Of a stretch of 30,926 nucleotides of DNA, positions 9,420 through 17,796 are shown in pieces. The notes below the pieces were generated by a model. The model saw only the letters and a list, made by a program, of their open reading frames with translations, did not search any database and was not told the origin of the DNA. Numbering within the stretch: the stretch's first letter is position 1; each line of letters begins with the position of its first letter. The DNA lies in assembly GCA_946186535.1 (NCBI GenBank), contig CAMHNT010000001.1:1-30926 (forward strand), written 5' to 3'. A program made the position numbers and the translations under genes. The DNA is from an uncultured Clostridia bacterium (GTDB lineage: Bacteria; Bacillota; Clostridia; Oscillospirales; Acutalibacteraceae).

Positions 9420-9480
9420 CAGGATTTTTAAATATTCTCTGAGAAATTATTGCCAAATATTCATAGAATTTTTTGGCAAT

Positions 9481-9516
9481 AAAAATAACACTACCCCATT
9501 CCGGAAATAGTGTTAA
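9481..9516 (-). terminator. Probable terminator after the 57-aa ORF
   Basis: aacactatttc..ggggtagtgtt stem with G-U pairs followed by attttt. Confidence 0.45.
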
Positions 9517-9559
9517 CCGCTAAAATCCAATTTCAATTATTTTAAACCAAAAACATAGC

Positions 9560-9733
9560 TCATCCCAGAACCGTATAGGAAAAATCCTCCCACTTTAGCT
9601 CCGTGCCGACATCGATTTCATCGGGCAGAAGCGCAAGCGCAACAATCATCTCCTCGCTGTCATCAATGTCTGTTCTGACTAAATAAGCATAGTCGCCGTT
9701 AATTCTTTCGACTCTATAAAAAAACGGTCCCAT
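9560..9733 (-). CDS. 57-aa small protein absent from the ORF track, DUF3006-like pattern
   Basis: Hand translation MGPFFYRVERINGDYAYLVRTDIDDSEEMIVALALLPDEIDVGTELKWEDFSYTVLG*; SD AAAAGGTGAG. Confidence 0.8.
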   Translation of the reverse strand: MGPFFYRVERINGDYAYLVRTDIDDSEEMIVALALLPDEIDVGTELKWEDFSYTVLG

Positions 9734-9757
9734 ATCAGCTCACCTTTTAATTCTATA

Positions 9758-10168
9758 TTATTTTCTGTACTTTATGTTATTGTCAACGCACCACTTTACA
9801 GCTGCTTCTTCCGTAAATTCCTTGAGCTTGTACCCATAGTATATGTTGTTGTTTTCGGTATAAACTCTGAATGCATGGTCATACTGTTCTCTGTCCTTAA
9901 TCTTATCAAACATTTCCGACAGCTTTTTGTTTCTAAAGCTGTCGACATACATTCTGTCAAATTCATATTCATCAACGGAAAACGAGGGTATAATATTATT
10001 ATCAGCCAGCAGCACCTTAAGCTTTTCCTGGTCACTTGTATTATAACCAAATTCCCGAAGCTTTTCGGTAGTGTAAAATTCATATCGGTCTTTATCAAAC
10101 CAAAAGCTTATTTGCTTTGAGAAGCAATAGTTGTTATTCTTAAGGAGGGTATCTATTGAAATAAACAT
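9758..10168 (-). CDS. Hypothetical protein, C-terminus resembling UPF0158
   Basis: 136 aa from ATG 10168; ends EEAAVKWCVDNNIKYRK; low GC in sampled lines. Confidence 0.65.
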   Translation of the reverse strand: MFISIDTLLKNNNYCFSKQISFWFDKDRYEFYTTEKLREFGYNTSDQEKLKVLLADNNIIPSFSVDEYEFDRMYVDSFRNKKLSEMFDKIKDREQYDHAFRVYTENNNIYYGYKLKEFTEEAAVKWCVDNNIKYRK

Positions 10169-10207
10169 TGTCCTCAGACCCTTTCGCAAAAAACATAAAA
10201 ATATGCT

Positions 10208-10236
10208 AAAAAAAGACCTGCACAAAGCAAGTCTTT
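10208..10236 (-). terminator. Intrinsic terminator of tRNA-Leu copy 1
   Basis: aagacttgc-tttgt-gcaggtctt + T7 on the minus strand. Confidence 0.75.
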
Positions 10237-10242
10237 CAAAAG

Positions 10243-10324
10243 TGCGAGTGACGGGACTTGAACCCGTACGTCATACAACACACGCCCCTCAAACGTGCCT
10301 GTCTGCCAATTCCAGCACACTCGC
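10243..10324 (-). tRNA. tRNA-Leu(GAG), copy 1
   Basis: Acceptor GCGAGTG/CACTCGC, D loop GAATTGGCAGA, anticodon stem CACGT/GCGTG with loop TT-GAG-GG, long variable arm, T arm ACGGG-TTCAAGT-CCCGT; CCA not encoded. Confidence 0.96.
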
Positions 10325-10374
10325 ATATAAACTCTTTTCGTTCCCGACTTCATGTCGTTCACTCAACGAATAAT

Positions 10375-10403
10375 ATAATAACACATAATTTTGCTTTTGT
10401 CAA
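10375..10403 (-). promoter_or_regulatory. SigA promoter of tRNA-Leu copy 1
   Basis: TTGACA-17 bp-TATTAT. Confidence 0.75.
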
Positions 10404-10448
10404 CAGTTTTTCGAAAAATTTTTCCGAAAAATCAAATTTAAAAAAATA

Positions 10449-10474
10449 AAAAGAGCTACTAAAAGTAACTCTTT
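10449..10474 (-). terminator. Intrinsic terminator of tRNA-Leu copy 2
   Basis: aaagagttact-ttt-agtagctcttt followed by a T run on the minus strand. Confidence 0.7.
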
Positions 10475-10481
10475 CAAAAAG

Positions 10482-10563
10482 TGCGAGTGACGGGACTTGA
10501 ACCCGTACGTCATACAACACACGCCCCTCAAACGTGCCTGTCTGCCAATTCCAGCACACTCGC
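10482..10563 (-). tRNA. tRNA-Leu(GAG), copy 2, identical to copy 1
   Basis: Same cloverleaf; offset 239 bp. Confidence 0.96.
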
Positions 10564-10613
10564 ATATAAACTCTTTTCGTTCCCGACTTCATGTCGTTCA
10601 CTCAACGAATAAT

Positions 10614-10642
10614 ATAATAACACACATTTAAGATTTTGTCAA
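10614..10642 (-). promoter_or_regulatory. SigA promoter of tRNA-Leu copy 2
   Basis: TTGACA-17 bp-TATTAT; spacer differs from copy 1. Confidence 0.75.
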
Positions 10643-10691
10643 CCTTATTTTTCAAATTTTTTTATTTTTATAAAGAAATTTTTATTTAAAA

Positions 10692-10721
10692 AGGCGTCCG
10701 GCATAATTCATCCGGACGCCT
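10692..10721 (-). terminator. Terminator of the ABC operon
   Basis: aggcgtccgg-N10-ccggacgcct followed by a T run on the minus strand. Confidence 0.75.
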
Positions 10722-10728
10722 GAAATAT

Positions 10729-12375
10729 TCAGAAGCTATTCCAAATTCTCTTTCCATCGGTCGCAAGATAGAAAACTTCCAGCAAAACGAGAAGAAGAAA
10801 ATATATTATACATATTCCGTATGACCACAGAGACGAGAAATCTTCAAGATAAGCCGCCGGAACAATCGCAAGAACGAACGGAACCGCAGTAAAGAACATC
10901 GACAGAAGCAGCGTAAAAATAACGCTCAGGCTCTGTTTTATGACCGTTATCTCGTTGGTCCAGTCAAAACGAGGAATCTTCATGTTAACGCATATTCCGA
11001 GAAAACCGGAAAACAGACACGCAAGAATCGGAATAAATATTATAAACATAATATCAACCGATGTCAGGTCAAGCATTAATGCGCTCGCAACCGAAGTAAA
11101 AATAACTCCCGGAAGCGAAACTATCGGAGCGAGAAGAGCCTTCGCCAGAAAGACGTTCATCGGCTTAACGGGAGTGGATTTCAGCAGCCACATCGTTTTT
11201 CCTTCGAGAGAAATGCTCGGAGCGGTAACGTCGTTGATGGTACAGCACAGCGCAAGCGACGAACCGATCGCCAGAGCCATGAGGTTTGAGGAAGCGTCAG
11301 GGAACATTCTCGGAAGCCATTCAACTATAACGTTGCCTCGTGCGAGAATTCCCACGCCAAGCATGATAGACATAATCGTACTCATGCCGGCATTCATTAC
11401 GTAAGCAGGAATGCTGAAAAAATAACCGACTTCCTTTTTTATCAGCATAAGCTGTATATTCGTCTTTTTCATCGGTTTTTCTACGTATTTTTTCTTTTTC
11501 ATGCTTACCTTTCGTGTTACTATTTTGAGGAACTGTTTCGAAAGGAACAAAAATACCAGATATGTAAGAACCACCGTCAGCAGCACTATCGGAATCAGTC
11601 CGAGAACATTTCCGCCGCTTGACGCGGTTCCGTACCAATAAAGAATAATGACATATTTCCGCACGTCATCCGCAACCATATCAATGTTGTTCATCAGAAC
11701 GCCGAGTATATTTCCGAAATTCAATCCTACAACGGAAAGCAGAGCAATCATGAAAAATCCGAAAACAACCGAAAGCAGATTCTTGTTCGGAATTTTCTCC
11801 GAAATCTTTCCCGTTATGTATCCGAATACGCAGCTGAGCGCTGTAGCCAGAAGAGGAATCATAAGCGCCGAAATAATAAAGTACAGAAACGTAACAACAT
11901 TGAATCTGAAAAACAGTCCGTAAGCGAGCCCCACCGGAAAAAATATCAGATTGCTGTAAATAAAATTTAGAAAATAAAGCGCAAGCATTCTGCTCAGCAG
12001 AACGGACGAAGGTTTTATCGGCATGCTCAGAAGCAGGTCGTTGTCTTTCGATTCGAAGAGATACGACTGAGCGGCAAAAATCGTGCCGACAAGCGAAAAA
12101 ACAGTCGCACAGACAACCCCCATCGGGAAGTAAAGCCAGATGCATCTCTTGTAAAACATCTGGAATCCCATAACCATCGCAAGTCCGAAGGAAAATGCCA
12201 TCATGAGAATGAACGCAATCGCAATTATTCCGATGATTATTGCCGTTCCGACATTAAACCCCTCTCCCCTTTTCTCACGCCCTCGCATGAACGTCAGCAT
12301 TGACGAAATTCCGCCGGTTATTTTTATTTTAACAAGTTGGATTACCGTTTTCGTATTGGTTTTAGTCTTAGCCAT
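10729..12375 (-). CDS. ABC-2-type exporter permease, multi-TM
   Basis: Many hydrophobic helices; DNDLLLSMPI and SLEGKTMWLLKSTPV are typical; overlaps the ATPase stop. Confidence 0.85.
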   Translation of the reverse strand: MAKTKTNTKTVIQLVKIKITGGISSMLTFMRGREKRGEGFNVGTAIIIGIIAIAFILMMAFSFGLAMVMGFQMFYKRCIWLYFPMGVVCATVFSLVGTIFAAQSYLFESKDNDLLLSMPIKPSSVLLSRMLALYFLNFIYSNLIFFPVGLAYGLFFRFNVVTFLYFIISALMIPLLATALSCVFGYITGKISEKIPNKNLLSVVFGFFMIALLSVVGLNFGNILGVLMNNIDMVADDVRKYVIILYWYGTASSGGNVLGLIPIVLLTVVLTYLVFLFLSKQFLKIVTRKVSMKKKKYVEKPMKKTNIQLMLIKKEVGYFFSIPAYVMNAGMSTIMSIMLGVGILARGNVIVEWLPRMFPDASSNLMALAIGSSLALCCTINDVTAPSISLEGKTMWLLKSTPVKPMNVFLAKALLAPIVSLPGVIFTSVASALMLDLTSVDIMFIIFIPILACLFSGFLGICVNMKIPRFDWTNEITVIKQSLSVIFTLLLSMFFTAVPFVLAIVPAAYLEDFSSLWSYGICIIYFLLLVLLEVFYLATDGKRIWNSF

Positions 12376-13081
12376 CGTCTTCCTCCAGTTTCAGGAACAC
12401 GTCCTCAAGCGACGCGGCACCCTTTACCTCATCGGTTGTACCGCTGATGATGAGCTTTCCGTCACGGATAATAGCTATTTTGTCGCAGAGCTTTTCGGCG
12501 ACCTCAAGAACGTGAGTCGAAAAGAAAACAGCCGCACCTTCTCTGCACGCTTCCCTCATCTCCTCCTTCATTCTGTGGGAGGCGATAGGGTCAAGACCAA
12601 CGAACGGCTCGTCAAGAAGAACCAGCTTCGGCTTATGCATAAAAGCCGAAATCAGCGCAAGCTTCTGCTTCATTCCGTGGGAATAGCTGTTAATCGGCTG
12701 AGCCAGATCCTTCGTTATCCCGAACATATCCGCAAGCTTTTTTATCTGAGTTTCTCTCTCCTTGGGAGACATCTCATATATATCCGCAACAAAGTTCAGA
12801 TATTTTATCCCCGGCATAAAGTCATAGAGATCGGGGTTGTCGGGAAGATACGAAAGCCGCCTTTTGCATTCAAGCGGATCTTCCTTTATTGAAATTCCGT
12901 CAACAAAAATTTCTCCTTCATCAAATTCGAGAAGACCGCAGCAGGATTTTATCGTCGTGGTTTTTCCTGCTCCGTTGTGGCCTATAAAACCGTAAATCTC
13001 GCCGCTTTTGATTTCGAGGCTGAGATTGTCAACAGCGATTTTGTCACCGTATTTTTTAGTCAGATTCTGAATTTTAAGCAT
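12368..13081 (-). CDS. ABC transporter ATP-binding protein
   Basis: GHNGAGKTT Walker A, YSHGMKQK signature, LLDEP Walker B, STH switch. Confidence 0.95.
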   Translation of the reverse strand: MLKIQNLTKKYGDKIAVDNLSLEIKSGEIYGFIGHNGAGKTTTIKSCCGLLEFDEGEIFVDGISIKEDPLECKRRLSYLPDNPDLYDFMPGIKYLNFVADIYEMSPKERETQIKKLADMFGITKDLAQPINSYSHGMKQKLALISAFMHKPKLVLLDEPFVGLDPIASHRMKEEMREACREGAAVFFSTHVLEVAEKLCDKIAIIRDGKLIISGTTDEVKGAASLEDVFLKLEEDDG

Positions 13082-13112
13082 TTTTCAGCACAACCTTTTA
13101 AAGATTTTATTA

Positions 13113-13250
13113 GAGTAATATATAATTAAGGGCTTTGCCCTTAAAAAACCACGAGGGCTCTGCCCTCGACCCGCCAACTTTTAAAAAAGTTGGATCAAAA
13201 CTTTAACCGTCCTTTTTCAGACTTTTTGCGGTTTTAAAATTTGTTCGTTT
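13113..13250 (+). repeat. Modular palindromic element, copy L3 (short form)
   Basis: gagtaatatataattaagggctttgcccttaa, gagggctctgccctcgacccg, ccaacttttaaaaaagttgg, atcaaaactttaaccgtcc plus a degenerate tail. Confidence 0.85.
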
Positions 13251-13327
13251 TATGTATGAACATTCGTTCAGCTTTGATTCACTATAATAAATTTCCATAT
13301 AATTTGATTTAAATTTCCTTAAAATTT

Positions 13328-13357
13328 ATTATAACACAACAATATATATGTTGTAAA
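13328..13357 (-). promoter_or_regulatory. Candidate promoter of the ABC operon with an internal palindrome
   Basis: TTTACA-18-TATAAT with an extended TG; ACAACA-N7-TGTTGT at 13336-13354. Confidence 0.5.
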
Positions 13358-13386
13358 GAAGCTAAATGTTAAGAAAAATAAAACAA

Positions 13387-13413
13387 AAAGGCAGGAAAAA
13401 ACTTCCTGCCTTT
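13387..13413 (-). terminator. Terminator of the kinase gene
   Basis: aaaggcaggaa-aaaac-ttcctgccttt perfect 11-bp stem with a T run on the minus strand. Confidence 0.75.
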
Positions 13414-13442
13414 AATAAACAATATAATCAGCCGCTTGAATT

Positions 13443-15794
13443 TTATCGGCTTTCGCTTCCCGATTCCGATATCGGCTCGGGGAAAATAACGACCGAGGAC
13501 TCGTTTTCCGAATTTACGTCGGTGTCTTTTTCCGAAACCGTGGAATTAACGTGACTCTCTTCTCTTGAAGACGTTTCCGAAGAAGACGTGGATTCGCTCG
13601 AGGTGTTTCTTCCCGATGTATCGGAATCGTCCCCGTCGTCGGAGCGGTTCATTGCGCTGACCTCTCTCTGTTCGATGAACTCGGATATTCCGTTTCCGAA
13701 ATCAAAGACATAAGTCTGATAGAGCTCGTCGTCAATCATTACCTCAACCGTTTTCGAGCCTTCGTTGATGTTCCGTGTTATCGTAAAAGTAAACGTGTCG
13801 TCGAAAACAAGAGAGTATCTCTTCTTTTCCGCCTCAAGAACACCGTCGCAGTATACCGTAATCGTGAACGGTGCCTTAAGCTGTGACAGATCTATCGTCT
13901 CGGTGATGTCAATCGGAACGGGACTTCCGCTGCTGATTGTGAGAGGAATTTCGGTTCCCTTGTTAACCTTTGTTCCTCCGTCAACGCCCTGTCTGATGAC
14001 GCTTCCGGTATCGTATTCGTCGCTGTAATCGTAGTATATTTCTCCGACCTCAAGTCCGATCGACTTAAGCTCGTTAGTAGCTTCAATGAGAGTTTTTCCG
14101 GTGAGATCAGGAACTTTGACGCTGTTCTCGGCGATATAGAGCGTAACAACCGTTCCGACTTTGACCCGGCTTCCGTTCGCAGGATCGGTGCTAACGACCG
14201 TGCCGTCGGTAAAATCGTCGTTGTTCACAATAACGATCTCACTCTCAAGATAAAGTGACTTCAGCGTGCTTATCGCAACCGACTGAGACATCTTCGAAAG
14301 AACCGGAACGCTCACCTCGGTGTCGAGACTGTTTACGGTGAGTCTGACGTGAGAGTCCTTTTTAACGTGTCTGGAGCTTGCGACCGGCGACTGACTGATT
14401 ATAACGTCAACGTCCATATCGGGATTGTACACGTTCACGACTTCAAAGTCGAAATCATATTCGCTGCTGTTAAGAACGGAATTTATATTTTCGCCCACAA
14501 AATCAGGAACGGAAATATTGTTTTTCCGATCGATATATCCTACCGTCAGAAGCGTTCCGAGAATTAGAATCGAGAGAACTATCGCCGTAACAACAAGCGG
14601 TGAAATCCTGCTCTTCGTCTTTTCGGGAACGAGCGGCTCGGTTTCGAGAGGATCGGGATCCTTCACCGTTCTGTCGATAGTGATAACCGTAGGCTGATAT
14701 TCCCTCTCTTCGGGAGCGCCGACGTCGACCGGATTAGTTCCGACGTAAGTTTTCCACTGGGATTTCCTCGGAATTCTTTCCGTTTCGACCTTTTCGGGAT
14801 TCTTAGGTTTTTTCTTAACTGGCTCTCTACGGAAATCCTTTAGAGTCATAATCTGATCGAGAAGTTCCTGAGCGGTCTGGGTTCTGTCTTCGGGACGAAC
14901 CGCAAGCGCATTCCTGAGAATATCGTCAAGCTGCGGCGGAAGCCCCTCCCTGAGTTCGGAAACGGGCGCAAGCGTGTCGGTCAGAAGTCTGGAATTCGCA
15001 AAATCCGGAGTGACGCCCGTAAGCATATAATACATCGTAGCGGCAACCGCATAGACATCCGTCCATGTGTTCTGTTCAAGCTTGTTGTCGTACTGTTCGA
15101 TCGGGGCATAACCCTGTTTCAGAATAATCGAAACGCTCTTCGACATCGAGAACGAATTCTGTCTTGCGGCACCGAAATCGATAAGAACGATTTTTCCCTC
15201 TTTTGTTCTTATTATGTTCTGAGGCGAAACGTCACGGTGAATGATTCCTGCCTTGTGAATCTTGATGAGACTTCTCAGAACGGGAACGATAATGTTCATC
15301 GTCTTTCCAAATCCGAGAACCTTGCTTTTCTCAACCATCTGAGAAACCGTATCGCCGCTGAGATATTCCATTACAATATATGCAGTCCCGTTGTCGGCGA
15401 AAACGTCATAAACATTGACTACGCCCTCGATTGAACCGAGGTTGGCCAGTCTCTGAGCCTCCTCCTGAAAGCTTTTGAGACCGCTTTGGTATCTCTCCCC
15501 ACGCTCTCCGCTGAGGGGAGTTACCGTAGTGTCGCCTTTCTGACGGGTGACGCATTCATTCGGAAAGAACTCTTTAACAGCAACCTTTCTTTTCAGAGCC
15601 TTGTCATATCCAATATAAGTAATTCCGAACCCTCCGTCACCGAGAACCCTTCCTAAAACATATCTTTGTTTAAGGACCGAACCCGCAGGCAAACACGTAT
15701 TGTCGTTCGTAGGACCGACGACATCGTTTCCGCAGAACGGACATATTACATCAAGCTCTTCATCATACTCTTCCATACAATAAAAGCATCTCAC
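13443..15794 (-). CDS. Hanks-type Ser/Thr kinase: N-terminal zinc ribbon, kinase, TM, about 3 PASTA repeats, acidic Ser-rich tail
   Basis: CFYC..CPFC; GDGGFG, VAVKE, HRDVSPQN, DFG, GYAPIEQ, DVYAV; TM at VVTAIVLSILILGTLL; VPDFVG/VPVLSK/VPDLTG PASTA starts; GTG 15794 after SD AAGGAGG. Confidence 0.9.
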   Translation of the reverse strand: MRCFYCMEEYDEELDVICPFCGNDVVGPTNDNTCLPAGSVLKQRYVLGRVLGDGGFGITYIGYDKALKRKVAVKEFFPNECVTRQKGDTTVTPLSGERGERYQSGLKSFQEEAQRLANLGSIEGVVNVYDVFADNGTAYIVMEYLSGDTVSQMVEKSKVLGFGKTMNIIVPVLRSLIKIHKAGIIHRDVSPQNIIRTKEGKIVLIDFGAARQNSFSMSKSVSIILKQGYAPIEQYDNKLEQNTWTDVYAVAATMYYMLTGVTPDFANSRLLTDTLAPVSELREGLPPQLDDILRNALAVRPEDRTQTAQELLDQIMTLKDFRREPVKKKPKNPEKVETERIPRKSQWKTYVGTNPVDVGAPEEREYQPTVITIDRTVKDPDPLETEPLVPEKTKSRISPLVVTAIVLSILILGTLLTVGYIDRKNNISVPDFVGENINSVLNSSEYDFDFEVVNVYNPDMDVDVIISQSPVASSRHVKKDSHVRLTVNSLDTEVSVPVLSKMSQSVAISTLKSLYLESEIVIVNNDDFTDGTVVSTDPANGSRVKVGTVVTLYIAENSVKVPDLTGKTLIEATNELKSIGLEVGEIYYDYSDEYDTGSVIRQGVDGGTKVNKGTEIPLTISSGSPVPIDITETIDLSQLKAPFTITVYCDGVLEAEKKRYSLVFDDTFTFTITRNINEGSKTVEVMIDDELYQTYVFDFGNGISEFIEQREVSAMNRSDDGDDSDTSGRNTSSESTSSSETSSREESHVNSTVSEKDTDVNSENESSVVIFPEPISESGSESR

Positions 15795-15985
15795 AGTCCG
15801 ATCCTCCTTTTCCAAAAAATTCGATGCATTCAAACCCCGGTCGCTCTTATCTTTTCACCCTTCACCGTTCATTCTTCAATCAACAGTCCCGGGAAAATCC
15901 TTGTTCAGCTTCACCCAACCGAAGCATAAACCGGTTCGGAATGCATTTTTATACATCTAAAAAATATTACAATTCGGTAACTTAA

Positions 15986-16015
15986 ATTATATCATAAAGA
16001 TACCCTTTTTAGCAA
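15986..16015 (-). promoter_or_regulatory. Candidate promoter of the kinase gene, giving a ~185-nt leader
   Basis: TTGCTA-18-TATAAT with an extended TG. Confidence 0.55.
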
Positions 16016-16115
16016 TAGGAAAAATGTAAATAAAATACTATTTTATAACAAAATTCAATTTATTTTTAACAAACCATAATATCATATTATGCACTCGGGA
16101 TATAAGCTTTCAATC

Positions 16116-16154
16116 AAAAAAAAACAAGAGGCAATGCCAAATAGACACTGCCTC
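16116..16154 (-). terminator. Terminator after coaX
   Basis: gaggcagtgtc-tattt-ggcattgcctc + ttgttttttt. Confidence 0.75.
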
Positions 16155-16195
16155 GAAATTGTACTGTATAAAAATATGTTTCTATAAGTCTGAAA

Positions 16196-16963
16196 TTATT
16201 TTCTATTCTTGTTATAAATAATCATTAATCCCTTCAGCAAAAGCTGTTCGTCGATTATGATATTCCTTTTGCAGTGAGGAATAATCTTAGCAGCAAGTCC
16301 GCCCGTTGAAACGATCGTACATTTCTCGCCGAGCGACTCCTCGATGCGCTGAGTAACGCCGTCGATTCCTGCCGCCGAATAGTAGATTATGCCGCTCTTC
16401 ATGCACTCGACCGTGTTAGCTCCTATCACCTTTTTCGGAGCTTCAAGTCCGATTTTAGGAAGCTGAGACGTTCTGTGAGTAAGCGAATCGAGGGAGACTC
16501 TAAGACCCGGAATAATCATTCCTCCGAGATAGTTCTTGTCCTTGTCGATTACCGAAACGGTAGTCGCCGTTCCCATGTCGATGATAATGAGCGGTACGGG
16601 ATAGAGGTTTATTCCTGCCACAGCGTCTGCGACTCTGTCGCTTCCGAGCTGAGCCGGATTGTCGAGCATAATCTTAAGCCCCGTCTTGATTCCGGGACCG
16701 ACGGTCATAACCTCTGTGCCGGTGAGACGCTCAAGCGCCGCTTTCACGGTCTGGGTCACACTCGGAACAACAGACGAGATAATGCACCCCTCTATTTCGT
16801 CAACGTCAATACTATTTATTTCCAAAATACTTTTTATCGATATCACATATTCCAATGCCGTGTACTGCTGATTGGTAGAAAGCCGTTCGATGAAAAGAAC
16901 GTCATCGCCCTCGAAACAACCGATCACAATATTGGAATTTCCGATGTCAACTGCTAAAATCAT
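16196..16963 (-). CDS. coaX: Type III pantothenate kinase
   Basis: ILAVDIGNSN, SSVVP, LGSDR, IIDMGTATT, GGMIIPG, STGG; start set to ATG 16963. Confidence 0.95.
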   Translation of the reverse strand: MILAVDIGNSNIVIGCFEGDDVLFIERLSTNQQYTALEYVISIKSILEINSIDVDEIEGCIISSVVPSVTQTVKAALERLTGTEVMTVGPGIKTGLKIMLDNPAQLGSDRVADAVAGINLYPVPLIIIDMGTATTVSVIDKDKNYLGGMIIPGLRVSLDSLTHRTSQLPKIGLEAPKKVIGANTVECMKSGIIYYSAAGIDGVTQRIEESLGEKCTIVSTGGLAAKIIPHCKRNIIIDEQLLLKGLMIIYNKNRK

Positions 16964-17005
16964 ATTCCTACTCATTTCTGTTTTCAAAAATTATTAAAAC
17001 CGAAA

Positions 17006-17671
17006 TCACGCCGGAGTTTCGGCTGTTTTCTTACTTTTTTTCACAGGCATAATTCTCGGCATAGCCTTGATGAGAGCCTCGCCGATAACCGTAACGAGAA
17101 CCGCTGCAGCGATAGCCTCCGGAATACCCGATGCAGTAACCGTTCCCATAACAAGACCGAAAACTGCGCTGAGAGCAACCTCTTTCGCATCGGCATACTG
17201 CTGAGCGAACAGAACATAAATGCTGCCCATAACCATCACGGTGTTAACCATTGAACCTAAAAATCCCGTAACCGCAAGAGAAACAGGTGACGGAAGCTTT
17301 GTTTTCGAGAGAAGGATCCAGAGCCAGCCTGCGGCAACGCCGATAAGAATGCGGCATCCAACAGCGATCCAAACAGCCTTGATTCCGCCGACAATACCCG
17401 AAGTACTGAAAAACGGCGAGAAAGCAAAGGAAAGCAGAGTCGGCGCCATAGTGTTGCTGACAATCGAACAGATTCCGAAAACTCCGCCCAGAATCGCTCC
17501 TGCGAGAGGACCGAGCAGAATTGCTCCGATGATGACCGGGATGTGAACCGTTGTCGCCTTAATAATCGGAAGCTGAATCATTCCAAGTGGCGTATTCGCC
17601 AAAAGAACCACAATAGCTGCCATAAGTGCCACACTTACCATCCAACGAATGTCTTTTTGTTTACTATACAT
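17006..17671 (-). CDS. ECF transporter S-component, probably pantothenate-specific (PanT-like)
   Basis: TTVHIPVIIGAILLGP, NTVMVMG, PEAIAAA; specificity inferred from adjacency to coaX/coaBC. Confidence 0.8.
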   Translation of the reverse strand: MYSKQKDIRWMVSVALMAAIVVLLANTPLGMIQLPIIKATTVHIPVIIGAILLGPLAGAILGGVFGICSIVSNTMAPTLLSFAFSPFFSTSGIVGGIKAVWIAVGCRILIGVAAGWLWILLSKTKLPSPVSLAVTGFLGSMVNTVMVMGSIYVLFAQQYADAKEVALSAVFGLVMGTVTASGIPEAIAAAVLVTVIGEALIKAMPRIMPVKKSKKTAETPA

Positions 17672-17796
17672 TTTTTCCTCCTTGTTATCATTCCGATATG
17701 AAAATCGGATACAATACAGTACATTTGATATTATACCAATAAATTTAAAGAAAAGCTATAGCTTTATTGAAATTTTTCTGATAAAATAAAAATATA

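Noticed and set aside
10174-10601. Two ORFs with identical N-termini (MNDMKSGTKRV...)
   Set aside because: They are translations of the duplicated tRNA-Leu and its leader.
10238-10624. tRNA duplication as attL/attR of an integrated element
   Set aside because: Both tRNAs are complete with their own promoter and terminator, only ~90 bp separates the repeats, and no integrase is present.
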